From Podarcis gaigeae (Eukaryota): a stretch of 64,000 nt of DNA. The translations under genes were made by a program, and so were the position numbers. The stretch lies in the NCBI GenBank assembly GCA_964106915.2, contig OZ066914.1. One strand, written 5' to 3'. Below the pieces are notes generated by a model. It saw only the letters and a list, made by a program, of their open reading frames with translations. It searched no databases and had not been told where the DNA came from. Of this stretch, positions 26,695-39,000 are shown one piece after another. Position 1 is the first letter of the stretch; the number at the start of each line of letters is the position of its first letter.

Positions 26695-29600
26695 AGTGCT
26701 TTGTAATGAACTTATTTCCTTGTCCTGATGGTTTTCTTTTCCCCTAAAGCAAACTATTGCAGTAAATAGAAGCCTCAATGGTTGGTTTTATCTTGCTAAG
26801 GTGGATCCTCCAAGCAGCGTGCTATAGAGCTTGATACTGAGAGGAACAAAAAGATGTGCTATGACTTGTGAGGAGCCACCCTATGTAGAAGGGCATAGAA
26901 TTCTGCCCAAGTGTTTCAGGAATGGAAGAAGATTGCTCTGGGATAGAGGAGAAGCCATCCCAGCACCTTCCACATTTCGGGATTTGAAGCTCGAGTAGCT
27001 GCTGTCTCAACTTGCTTAACACAACTATCTTCTTCAGATGGATTTATTCTGCTCAGAGTGAAATGTCAGTGGTCAATTTATTGCTGCATGGAGAGCACTA
27101 GTGGTTGTTTGGGTCTTCTGAAGTGTGCATCGGAAAGATCCAGAGGAGGATATACATTTTCAAAAGGATGCCATGAGTCCAATTTAACTCACACTGCTAA
27201 ATTAAAGATATTTTTTTTAAAAAAAAACAAAATAAACGATTTAAGTGCAAGTATGTGGTCATGACTGTTGTGATATAACTCGGGTGGCAGTAAAGGTAAT
27301 GTTGGGTGCTTCAGGGATTTTTGAGTCTAGGTGAGCCCTGCTCCTCTAAGCTGCCACTAAGCAGGTTTGCTTATCTAAGAAATACCGTACAAGCAAATTT
27401 TCTCCAGATTGGTATTTAGACCCTGGAAAGCCATGTGAGTTTCTGCTGTCAACACCAAATTCTTGAGAGAGGAAGAGGAGAACAAACATCAACCTCTATA
27501 GAGTGATTGCCTCACTTCACCTAAATTTATTATACAAGGCCCAATTATAGTGAATCTAATAAGCTGAGGTTAAAAAAAAGTGGGAAGAAAGTGGAGCAAA
27601 TACACTGCTAGATAAACTTCCTAGAATCTGGCCCATTTTGCTATGGCTTAACACAAATGAGCAAATGGGCATGTTCCTGGAGAGAAGATTGTGGCCTTTT
27701 TCCTGCTCCTCTGGTCCTGGTGCCGCTGCGCTGATTTGAGCTAACCTACAGTTTGGCTTAGTGATGCATCCAAACCACAGCTTGTGGTTTATATTGCTCC
27801 AAACAGACCATGAGTTCTTGGCAACGTTTGTTCTGTGGCTTAGACGAACCCAGACTCAGAAGTAATGCTAAGCCAAACTGTGGCTTAGCTCACAGCAGCT
27901 TGGCTGCAGTAGCAGCTATAGAGGAGGGCTACTCCATAGTTTGACTTAGCATGGCGTGAAAACTGGGTCTGTCATAAATCATAGCTTTTCTGCTCTGCAA
28001 GCAAAGAAAACTGGTTTGGTTTTTTTGCTCAGCATAGGAGGTAGGAATAGCATATGTGTGCTATTCCAGGCAGATATGCAGTTGTAATATATCTGATTTG
28101 CTTAAGCTGCCATAATGTCATGTGGGCAAATCTAATTAATCTTTTATTGCCTAGCAAAAAACAACCACCTAAAGTCTTTCAGAGATATCCAAACTGAATC
28201 TGTAATTCACATAAAACTATCCTGTCAATTAGATTCCTAATCTCTGGGATTTGTGGCCACACTTCCTTTAAAACAGTTACTTTCAAAGTTACAGACTCAG
28301 CAGTATTGCTAAGCAAATATGTAGATAAGTTTAAACAAGCCACCCAGCCACTTTAGCCAGGTATGTAGCCAGCAGTGCATCTCCTGGAAATATATACAAG
28401 GGGCAATAGTTCATAAAACAGTGTTACACTGGTGAATGTGTCCACTGGTTGAAGGCAGAGCTCCAAAAGCTGCTTCAGTGTTGAAGGTTTTTAAATCCAA
28501 GAGATAGTTTACTGGCATATCTGGATAAATACGTGAGATTTTAGAATAAGAATGTGAGGTTTGAGAAATCTGACAGCTCTCCAGAGTTTCTTGCTGCTTA
28601 ATATGTCCAGCTAAGTTTCAAAATTGCCCTGGCTTTCAATAAACCTTGATTTCATATGAGCACTTTAGCAAAGCCACCATTATTCAGGATATTGTTGAAG
28701 TGCGGCAATCCATAACTATCATCCTATGGTCACCATACCTCTAATGCAGTTTGTGTAGAAGCAGCATATGCATTCCAATCTTAAATATCATAGCTATACT
28801 CTTATGGTTTGCTTTCTGTTTTGCCGCCACCCTATAAAACAATTGAGAAATTGCTCTGGTTTCAAAGAGTAGAGCAGCATTAATCAAGTCCTCCAGCTCC
28901 TTTATATCTTGAAATGGGAGTAATTGCTTTTGAGGTGGGCACCTTGAGGCAAGCAAGTTGGTTTAGAGGCCTAGAACATCTCTAGCAATACATGTCAACT
29001 CAAAATTGAGTATTCTTCAAGACCGGCCACTCTCAGGTGAGTATAAACTAAATGAAAGGTCTTTAAGTAATTTTTGCGGTTCGATGGCCACTAACCAATA
29101 TACAAACTTTCCTAAGAACTACAGTGGATGTGTGCTTCAAGGGGAACGGCCACAGTTGTCTTCAGCATCCCAAGGGTCCTTGGTGCAACGTGAAATCTGT
29201 TTTGGCAGCCAACAAAGTCTTCTCCAGCATGCAAATCTCCTGCTGCCACCAAGCCTGTATTTTTGGTGTGTATGCTGATCTATGATCAGATCTCCCACAA
29301 TGCTTTTTTTTTTTTAAAGTTACATTTTATAATGAGGAAAAGGCTGCTCAACACACTGCCTGGTGTTATTTTTCCACAAAAGGCAAATTTTACCCCGTTT
29401 AAACTGGATATTGCATTTTGTTGCATCTTTTCTTGGTCACAATAAAGGTATTACCCTACTGTTAGTTTTAATTTTTTGCTAGAGCACACACAGCTGCTAT
29501 TTGGCTGCAAAGGAAACGCAGGCACCTCCACACTACTTTGCTTGCTCTGCAAAGTGTAAGGTTTTTAACTTTTATGTTTATATATTCCCTTTTGGAGCAA

Positions 29601-30289
29601 ACGTTCCCCCTGCTAGGTTGAGAAAATCATCTTGATAGGAACAGGTTATCTATCCCCTGAAGTGTTAGGAGTTTTGACCAACCAGAGACACTGCCACAGC
29701 TGGCTTTCTGCTGGCAATGGGCACCTGTAACCATTTCCTTTCTTGCCAAGAGCTAATAAGGCCTGTGTTGCTCAGTTCAGGCTACAAGTAGTGGAGATAA
29801 ACTGAGAGGGGAGGGGACAGCAACCATTCTCTTTTTAGGAGCCTGACTCATTCTCTAGGAATTCTCCACAGTGGGGAGGAGAGGCCAATCCCAACTGGGT
29901 TATGTTTAGTATGTGTAGATGGGGAGGTGAAGACAGCAAGCACTTGCATCAAGATCAAGGCTCTGAGGCAGGACCAGAACTGCATGTAAAGATAAAAGGG
30001 GTGCCTGGTCATAGCTAGCCACAAGAAACGGGGGAACAACCTGCTTCAGGTATTGCCAGAAGGGGGAACTGGCAATGGCCAAGACCACGTTCTCCTTATT
30101 TTACTGTTTGTTTTTAAAAAATGTATATTATCCGGCTTTTCTTCCATGAATCCAAAGGGGCAAACTGCAAACAAAAGTAGGCAAAACGATTGGGAGCAAC
30201 TCAAGTTCAAGTTTTTTTTTTAACTCAAGTGATTGGGAGCAACAAGAACTGCCAAATTCAAAACAAAACACCAGTAGTTTTACAGAGGG

Positions 30290-30750
30290 TTGGGAAATCC
30301 TGGAAAGCCACTGTCAAATACTGAGCTAGATGAACCAATGGTCTGACTTGGTGTAAGGCAGCTTCCTATGTTCTTATCAGAGTGCAGGAGGGGAAACCTG
30401 GGCCGTGAGTTTGAGCCCCACGTTGGGCAAAAGATTCCTGCATTGCAAGGGGTTGGACTGGATGACCCTCGAGCACCCTTCCAACTCTACAATTCAAGTC
30501 AGAAATTGTTCTCCCACTCAAGTAAGTTTAAATTGTTTTAAAGGGGGACTAGATAAATTCATGGAGGACAGATATGTGTATTGTACTAATGCTTCTGAAA
30601 GCCAATTGCCAGGGGCCACACAGGAGGAAAGTGCTTGTACCTTTCCTAGAGAGGCTTGAGGCTGGCTACTGTAAAAAACAACACAGGATGCTTGCCTAGA
30701 TGGACTCTTGGCCTAATCCAGCCAGGCTCTAGTTATGTTGCTATGAACAT
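30290..30750 (+). mobile_element. Cluster of retroposon 3' ends: SINE tail (~30290-30372) and CR1-like LINE tails (~30425-30495, ~30520-30745)
   Basis: GGGGTTGGACTGGATGACC...TTCCAACTCTACAATTC and CTAGATGGACTCTTGGCCTAATCCAG are CR1-type 3' UTR motifs; related pieces lie at 1-120, 37085-37215, 43639-43705 and 62945-63175. Confidence 0.6.
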
Positions 30751-32069
30751 CTATCTTCATGCTGCTCTATAAACTAATAAGCTGTTTCACGCTGCCTTTA
30801 TTGGGCAACCAAGCTGTATGCTAGTCCACATATAAGCTGTAAGGACTTATAATTGTGGAGATTGAATATGGTCTGTTTTAGTGCTTCCAATCCCTGCAGC
30901 TAATCCCAGGGAAGGTCAATTTGCAGCCCATGGGTCACATCTGGCTTCTATCCAAAGTCTTATTTGGCTTCTACTGGTCTTGCTAAATTTTAATCAAGGT
31001 ATGATAAACATTGTGCGCACAGAGAAAATGTGTTTTAAATGAACGTGGTGGTGATGTCACATTTCACTGTTCTCTCCCTTTCCCAGGCTTCCTATGTTAT
31101 GTCTTGCTTTACGTGCTGTGGGGATTGCCAATGTGGTGCCTTCCAGATGTTCTGGACTTACAACCCCCATCATTCCTGACTACTGGCACTATTTACTGGT
31201 GGCTGTCCCTTGCAGCAGATAATGCTGACTTTATTATGGTAGAGCCTGACAGCTTGTGAAGTGGTAGGATGGTGCAGTATAGGAAACAGAGTTACTCCCA
31301 ATAATTCAAAATGGACAACACTGATCAATGAAACTCAGCATGTTTCCTATACTGCAGGTCTATCAAGCACTACTGAATTACAAAGCTGCTTTGCTCCACA
31401 GAGATTCATGAGGGTTGCAAAGCAACTACACTGCTTCAGATAAATGAGTTTGCTAGGTGAACATCCAGGAACAAGTGGCCTATTTTAAAAGTGTTATCAT
31501 GGCCCAAACCCTTTTGGAAATATATGAGCTCCTTTTCTCCAGATGCTTTTGTAAAGACAAACTTTACTAGCATTTTTAAAAAGAACACTGGGAATATTGT
31601 GTTGCTGCTGGAACATAGGAAGGGGATGAGTTTGTGGGTAAAAGGATATGAGGGACTGGTGGGGAAAAGGCTGGAGGATTCATCCATTAAAATTACAGTT
31701 TTTAACTTATATCCTGGATACTACAATAGTTTTTTGTTGTTGTTTTTTTAATGCAACAGATGGAAGTTGCATTGCTTTCCAATCAGCACTCCTTGCGGGT
31801 GGGAGTGACTTCGCCAGTTGAATGTCTGCCTACCTCTCAGCTTTTAAAGGCATAGGGGCCTTCTGAAAGAAGCCTGCTGCAAGCTGGAACAGTCTCTGCC
31901 GTGAGGAGTCAGGTTATAGTGTCCCCATTGCACCAGGGACTGTACCTCTACAACAGCTCCTCTTGGCCTCGGGCCATCACTGGCGTTTCACCCCTTTGCT
32001 TCTTCCTCCCCGGAGGAACTGCTCCCCCATCGAATAGCCTCCATCATCTCCTTTCCTCGCCCCACCTCC

Positions 32070-33050
32070 CACCCCGCGCGACCATGTCCCAGCGCGCACA
32101 AGCTTCTGTGCCCCGACTTCCTCCCTTCGCACATTCCGTGATTTATTTACAGCCGGGGCCGAGTCGCTCTCTCTCCCCCCACCCCCCGCCCTCCAGGGCA
32201 AACAGGAGGCTTCGCCCGAAGCTTCCCGAGCGAGAGGCCGCCGAGCCCGCTTTCCTCGCCGCATCCCTCGCCCCAGCACCCCTCGGCGCCTGGGAGAGCC
32301 CCGCTCTCGGCATGCCCTGCTCCTCCTCCACCGTCTCGGGAGGCGGCCGCGCGCTGCCCTGAGTCCCCCGGGAGGCGGCGGGAAGGCCCTTCTTCGCACA
32401 GCGCGGCAGGCGGTGGCCCCTCCTGGCGCCGCGCGCACCCGGGTGTTGCTGCCAGGCCCGCCGCCTTCCTGAAACGGACTGGCTCCCCGGACAGGCGCCC
32501 GAAAATAGCAGCTGCCTCGGCATGGAGCGGGCGGCGGCGGTGGCGGCACCGGCCTCGGAGCAGGTAAGCCCGGCGGAGAGACCTGCCCGAGAAAGGGCTT
32601 CGCGGCGGGTGCCTTTCTGCCGGCCAGGCCGGCCCGGAGAGCACGGACGGAGGGCACTTCCTGGCGCAACAACGCCGCGACCACTTCCTGCTTTCGGTTG
32701 CCGGGGAAGTGGGGCTAGCGGGGCTTACCTGAGCCCCGGAACCTGCTCCCCAAGCTCATTGGACACCTTTGAGTGTCAAGAACGGAGCTTTCGAGCACGT
32801 GCAGAGCGCTGCCCGCCCCTCTGCGTTTTCTCTCCCACACCTTCGGGTGCGATTCCTAGGCGTGCTTGGCCCGTAACAATTTCGCGTTTAGAAATTGAAC
32901 TCGTCTGCTGCCCATTTAAATAAATCTTATGCATTAATGCGAGCCGCGCAAGTGTTCGGGTGAACAAAAACAAAAGCTCTGAAAACAAAGGGAGAAACGC
33001 ACGCGCGTTGTGTTTTTAGAGAATGCAAGCACGTGTCGTCATAACAGGCT
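32070..33050. promoter_or_regulatory. CpG island / PRKAG3 promoter and first exon
   Basis: Only strongly GC- and CpG-rich stretch in the window. Spans ATG 32522. Contains ETS-like CACTTCCTG/GGAAGTG motifs (~32655-32711), CACGTG E-boxes (32796, 33030) and a CAGCTG E-box (32509). Confidence 0.85.
32522..32563 (+). CDS. PRKAG3: PRKAG3 coding exon 1 ([14 protein letters not shown])
   Basis: ggcATGg Kozak context in the CpG island; strong donor CAG|gtaagc. Confidence 0.78.
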
Positions 33051-36000
33051 CCCTCTATGTCAGAAAAAATGATTTCGTGTGGCGTTGCTATTTGTTTAAA
33101 AATCTGCTGAACTGTGGACACCTTTTTAATCAACGTATTTAATTGATCAATCGATCAAGCAAATAGTGCAGCCATAAACGAGGTGAGAGAAACTTGGCAG
33201 CTGAATCCCATTCCTATATGGCTGTTTTGCTGTCTTGCAAATGCCTTTCTTAATACAGTATTATTAAAACTTTCCTCCAAAACCAGGTCTTTGGTCCTTA
33301 ACTTATCTGTGGCCTTTTAGAAGTGGGTGGGATGTTCTTAATTTATTTCTCTTCCTTCTTGGTTTTAATGTATCTGTGTGGGGTTTATTGTCTAGTTTGT
33401 TTATTTAGCTGTAAGTTGCTTTGGGTTGCCCTGGGCAAGATAAAGCAACTGACACATTAAATAAATAAATTACTGGTTATATTTGTCAGCTGGCATGTTT
33501 CTGCTTTCTGTCAGTTGCGGTAGGAAAATTGTGGTCTACCAAATCTCTGTCTGGGGTTTGATCCATGTCTCAGCATGTGTCTGTGTCTGATTGCACTCTG
33601 CTCTTCCGCCTGTTTCCTCCTGTGTCTGAATATGCATGCATTGTGGTTGAGTGTGTTGTCTGTCGTGCACAGTCTCTGACTGGGTGCAGCCTGAATCAGC
33701 TTTATTGGATCATCTGTGTGTACCCCTTCCACATTAACAGTAGACCCTTTACTGCAGTGTCCTTACAGATGCTAGCTTTGGGTACTAACTGGAGAAGCCA
33801 TAGGTATGATTGTTGGGGATTGTTAGAGCTAGAGGTCTCCTCTTCCACCATGTCACTGTTTCTTAATTCCCTTGTGGTATTAGCTGGTTAAGCCATCCTC
33901 TTTCCCATGATGCAAAAAGAAGGACATACGGTTATCCTACCCAAGATTTAAACATCTGCTTTCCCGCAACATGCTTAACATTCCCTGCAAACAACTCTGC
34001 CTGCAACTTGAAAAGCTCTAACAATAGGAAGGAAATAAACAGCAGCCATGTGAGGATGAAGGAAATGGCCTCTGCCTGCAGAAAATATGTGAAGCACTAA
34101 GTCTTTTGATCCCTCCAGCATTCTGTTTGAACTAGATTTGTAGCACTTTGGGAATTGAGGGCCTAGGGTGGAGTCTGAGGTTCCCCGTCCACTGCAGAAT
34201 TGTAGCTCTCACTCTTCAGATCCTAAAAGCTGAACTATTTTGCACATTGAATGTGGACCACAGGGGCCACTTTTTAACTCTCTCCATTTTTCCTTAACTC
34301 CCAGGCAGCACCACTGAGCAATGGCCTCCAGCCTCAGGAAGCAGGTGGGTAGTGCACTGGCTTTGCCTGCCGGTGGTGGAGTGACCGCTTTCAAGTACAG
34401 ACTTCAATGCCTGCCAGCCAGACTGCCTCATGACATGTGTTGCAGGGAAGTTTGGGGTGTTAATTGCCTGCTTTGAGTGTCTTCTAAACTTGCTAATCCA
34501 TAACAGCATGATTGTGTGTACTAACTTTGGGACATTATACATCACTTTTTGAGCCATGCTGTGAGCCATCCGAACCACTGCCTCCCCTATCATTCTAGTC
34601 TTGGAAAATCTCAGTTGTACCCAGATTTCACTTTTTGCTTTCCTGTTTGAGAATGGCTCCAGTTCTACTATTACCCGTGAAACCCATCCTAATGTCATCT
34701 TACAAAAAACTTACCGTGTGTGAGGCCTGAGTTCAAAATCTGGTCTCATACTTAGATTCCTTGGATAAGCCCAGTATTGTCCATCCTCCATTTTCTATCT
34801 GTTAGATGGGAATATTGGTGACCTACCTCACAGGGTTGTTGTGAGGGCACTCAATAAAGATAATGAAGCTATTCAACTGCCACAGAAATGTGTGAATAAA
34901 TACAGTATACAGCCCCCTCCTGACCAGGTCTGCTTTTTCAGAGCAAGTAGTTAGCCCCTTTTACACTTTCCCCTCTACTGTAAAATTTGCAGAAGAGAGT
35001 TTGGGCTCTGTCTGAAATCAACGAATGCCTTCACCTTAGGCTGAAGTGTGTGGGTTGCTGCCTGTCAAGGGATGTAAACAATCAACTAACTGGATGTGCT
35101 CTGTGGGGCAGGGTGGGGTAGGGTTGGTTAGTGACTGCTGCAGCTTTTGGCTGGTTCTCTGTGCAAGTCATGGGTTGTTCAGCTCAGCATGCGTGTTCCT
35201 GCAGTTTATGTGAGAACATACCATTTTTTTAGGCTTAGTGAGAAGGAGGGAAGGTTGTGTCAGTCAAAAGGGCCAAGATTACTTAAATGTTTCACCTACC
35301 AAGAAGTTTTTGGTGTCTGGATTTGCAATGCCTCCCCTTACCCACTAGGCCCCAACCTGTCTCTGGATGTTAAGGAATCAGCGTTGGAAGCCAAGGTTGT
35401 AGGGCAAGAGGCCAAGGACCTGGCTGCAGATGGCAAAGGTACAGAGTTGAGCATGATGAATGTGATGTCAGATGGCAGGACCATGGACGGGGATCCCAGA
35501 GCTGTTGGGCTGGATGCCAAGACTGCAAATCGGGATGGCAAAGTAACAGTTGGGGATGCCGTTGCTACGGAATCGGATATTAAGGCTGCAGATTCAGAGG
35601 CCAGAGAACTGGATACAGTTGACAACTACGGTGGACCAGAGGCCACAGTGACAGATAGAAGACAAACAGGTCCAGGGGGCAAGGAGGACATGATGCCAAG
35701 AGGCAGGTGCAAGAGCTGGAACGCCAGTGCCCCCACCCTGAATGTTAAAGATGCCGGTCAGCAAAGCAAAGGCACAGTTGTGGATGGCAAAGCAACATCA
35801 GAAGTCACCAAGCCAGAAGAGAGCAACAAAGATGACGACGGTGACATCATTTCTCTCGACTGTGAAATTCTTGGGTTTGGTCCTGATACTGATTTGCTGG
35901 GACCAGATGCTGAGACTTACATGCATTTCATGCGGCGCCACCACTGTTATGATGCCATTCCCACCAGCTCCAAACTGGTAGTGTTTGACACAACCTTGCA

Positions 36001-39000
36001 GGTAAGGGGGGAAGTGGGAGCTGTTGTGGGTCAAGGAAGGGGATAGAAAACTGGTCATTTTAATAATGGGATAGTGGAAGCTCATTTCTTTATTAATCAG
36101 GGTGGGGAACCTGTGGCAATCCAGATACTGTTGGGACTGATATGAGTTGGAGTCCCGATCCCTGTTGCAAATCCTGAAACATCCAGCAAAGACAGGACAG
36201 TAGTCCAATAGGCTCAAGTCAACAGCTCTGCTCCCTCCCTCTCAATGTTCCTAGTAAAATTGTTATCAGCACTCAAGAAAAGCTAGTTCTCAAAATAGAA
36301 TACAGGGTGGAATGATGCTGATGGGAGTTTGCAAAAGGCTTGAATGTGAGTAGCTCAGATAACTGAGGGTTGGGAATAATTGGAAGCAGCATAGTTCCAA
36401 CCTGATGGTATCCCTTTTCTTTCCTCATGTAAGTGAATGCTTGCTTTTCACTTCTATGGGAAAAGTAAACAATTATACTTGAGGAACGCTTCTGGTTTTT
36501 TCAAATTTACAATGTTTCTGAACTGTTCATCATACGATTCCAGATTGGTATACAGAAGGATGGATAACGCTGTTCACACAAGAAAAAACATAAAGGGGCA
36601 GAATTCATTTAACTAGTCCTGTTAGTGGAAGCCAACTTGAGGACTTACACTAGTGCAACATGTCCTCCCACGTTATCTGAAATTGGCTCAGGGGAAGCTG
36701 AAAAGCTGATGGACCAGTTGCCATAGCGTCACATTGAATTCCTCCCAAGGAGTAGGGAAGGCAGAATAACATACCTTGCATGTCAGCGCAGACAGGAGTA
36801 ACTTCAGACAGCGCTTGCACCCCTGGCAGTGTGACCTCCCCTGACAGGGATTCTACACTGAAGTTTGTGGGGGTTTCCCTACCCTTTTAGTACATGTCTG
36901 CCCTCCTCCCATATAACTACACTCAACAGTTTTCAACTTCCTTCCTAATCTGTCAGGTACTGGTACTTGACTTTCTGCTATGGCAGGCAGTGTGTGTGTT
37001 GTGGGGAGCTGTAGAAATTAACAGAGCACAAAGCTATCAATGGTTACTAGCTGCAATGACTGTGTTCTCCCTCCATTTTAGGAGGCAGTAGGCCTCTGAA
37101 TACTAACTATTTTGGAATACAAGTGGAGAGAGTGCTGTTGGTCTTCAATATGCATCTGAATGGCTACTGTGAGAACAGGATTCTGGACTAGGTGGGCCTT
37201 TGGACTCTTCTTACGACACTGGCAGAGCTGGATATAGGAACTCAAATCCGTCTGCAATAATTAAACAAATAGATGCTCACTTTCAGGATGAAGCAATTCT
37301 ACCTGTTTCATCAGGTTATTCCTGCTGCTGCAAGTTTACCTTCCCTCATATTTGTTGTAGTTCATCACATTCCTAGAGCTGTGATTTAGGAGGAGGTAGA
37401 ACCATGGGAAGAGAGCAAACTAGGAAGAAAGTCCAAGCCGCATAATTTTGTAAAAAATAGGCCTAAGGTTGTTGCCCCCTAAAATTGAACCACAATGTTT
37501 AATAATATCTAGTCTAGCAGAAGAATATAATTGGTACACAGAGTTGGAGTCCAAGGGGGTGCAGTGTGGGCGATTACTTCTGAATTTCCCCCTGCCCAGC
37601 CTTCTTGGCTGGATGCAGCTATTTCCTCACCCTGTAGATCTGGCCTGACCAATGTGGTGCCTTCCAGATGTTGTACTACAATTCCCATCAGCCTCAGACC
37701 AATGGTAAGGATGACGGGGGCTGAAGCCCAACAAGACCTGAAGGGCACCACATTGACTACTCCTAACTGCAGATAGACAGGAATATTGAACAGCAGTCTG
37801 GCCCACCTATTCTTTTTTCCTCCTGTCCCCAGATAAAGAAGGCCTTCTTAGCCATGGTAGCCAATGGGGTGCGAGCAGCCCCTCTCTGGGACAACAAGCA
37901 GCAGTGTTTTGTGGGTAAGTGATGCTGCGTTCAGGAGGGCAACACAGGACAGCAGATTTTGGGCAAAAGGAAGTGTGAACTGGGATTTCATAGGACTACT
38001 GCTGGCCATTCAAACTGTACTAGGGATGGTCAAGAAGGCAAGGTTGGGTGTGTGCAGGAATTCTGCAGGTGCCTTATTAAGGAAAGGCTCAACCATCTCC
38101 TGTCCTGAGAACTGGGGCTTGCACAAGGTAGCCCTTCATGCCTGCTGCTTCAGCTCCTCCAGACCTACCCCTGTGTGTATCCACCCTCTTCCTTTTCCTC
38201 TTTCCCCCACTCTCTCTTACTGCAGGTATGTTGACTATCACTGACTTCATTAACATCCTACATCGCTACTACCGATCACCTCTGGTGAGTTTTCCAGGAC
38301 TACTCAATTGCCTTTGCAAGATCTGGAGCAAACCAGCTTCCAGCATCTCCCTCCCAATATGTACAGGGATGGAGGGGGGCAGGGGCAGAGGGGTGACAGC
38401 AAAGCAAGAGGACCTGTGACTTCAAAGTACAAGTGTGGGCTGCTTGGAACTCTCACTATCTTATCCTTTTGTGGGTGACATCACCCTGCTCACGAGTATC
38501 ATTTTGTGCTGTTTTTAGGTTCAGATATATGAGATCGAGGAACACAAAATTGAAACGTGGAGAGGTGAGGAGGGCACCACTAGGGGGAGTAGTGTATGCA
38601 TGGATGCTATTGAATATCTTTAAAATTGATTGTCAGCAGTGGAACGTGAATTGCACTCTGTGTGTGTACATGTTTACGTCTGTCTCCCTGCTTCTGGCCT
38701 TGATTTAAACAGTTCCTCTCTTAACTTGGTATCCCTTCCTACTTGATAGTCTTGCCTCTAGACAAGGCGCGGCCAGCATTTAGTCCAACAACATCTAAAG
38801 GACAACAGCTCCCATAATTGCCTCCCATTGGCCATGCTGGCTAGGGCTGATGGCAGTTGGGGCCCACTGGCCACCCCAGCCCCTAGGCAAAGGGTTTAGG
38901 TTACAGTACTCTAGGGATTGGAAACCAGAGACTTCTGGTTTTGATGGGCTCAATCAGCCCTTGCCAGGATGACCAATAACAATCTGGAGGGTCACAGGTT

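Noticed and set aside
29441-29446. AATAAA with a downstream T-rich tract as the TTLL4 poly(A) signal
   Set aside because: Several other AATAAA hexamers (~25838, 27231, 28638) are also possible; cannot be assigned without transcripts.
23298-32000. Possible CYP27A1 remnant at the mammalian syntenic position
   Set aside because: No P450 motifs (ExxR, PERW, FGxGxRxC) in the ORF track or by eye. A tBLASTn would be needed to exclude decayed fragments.
31901-32923. Several long overlapping ORFs (up to 235 aa) on both strands
   Set aside because: Pro/Arg/Gly/Ala-rich products of stop-poor CpG-island DNA. Only 32522-32563 is supported, by a donor site and phase fit.
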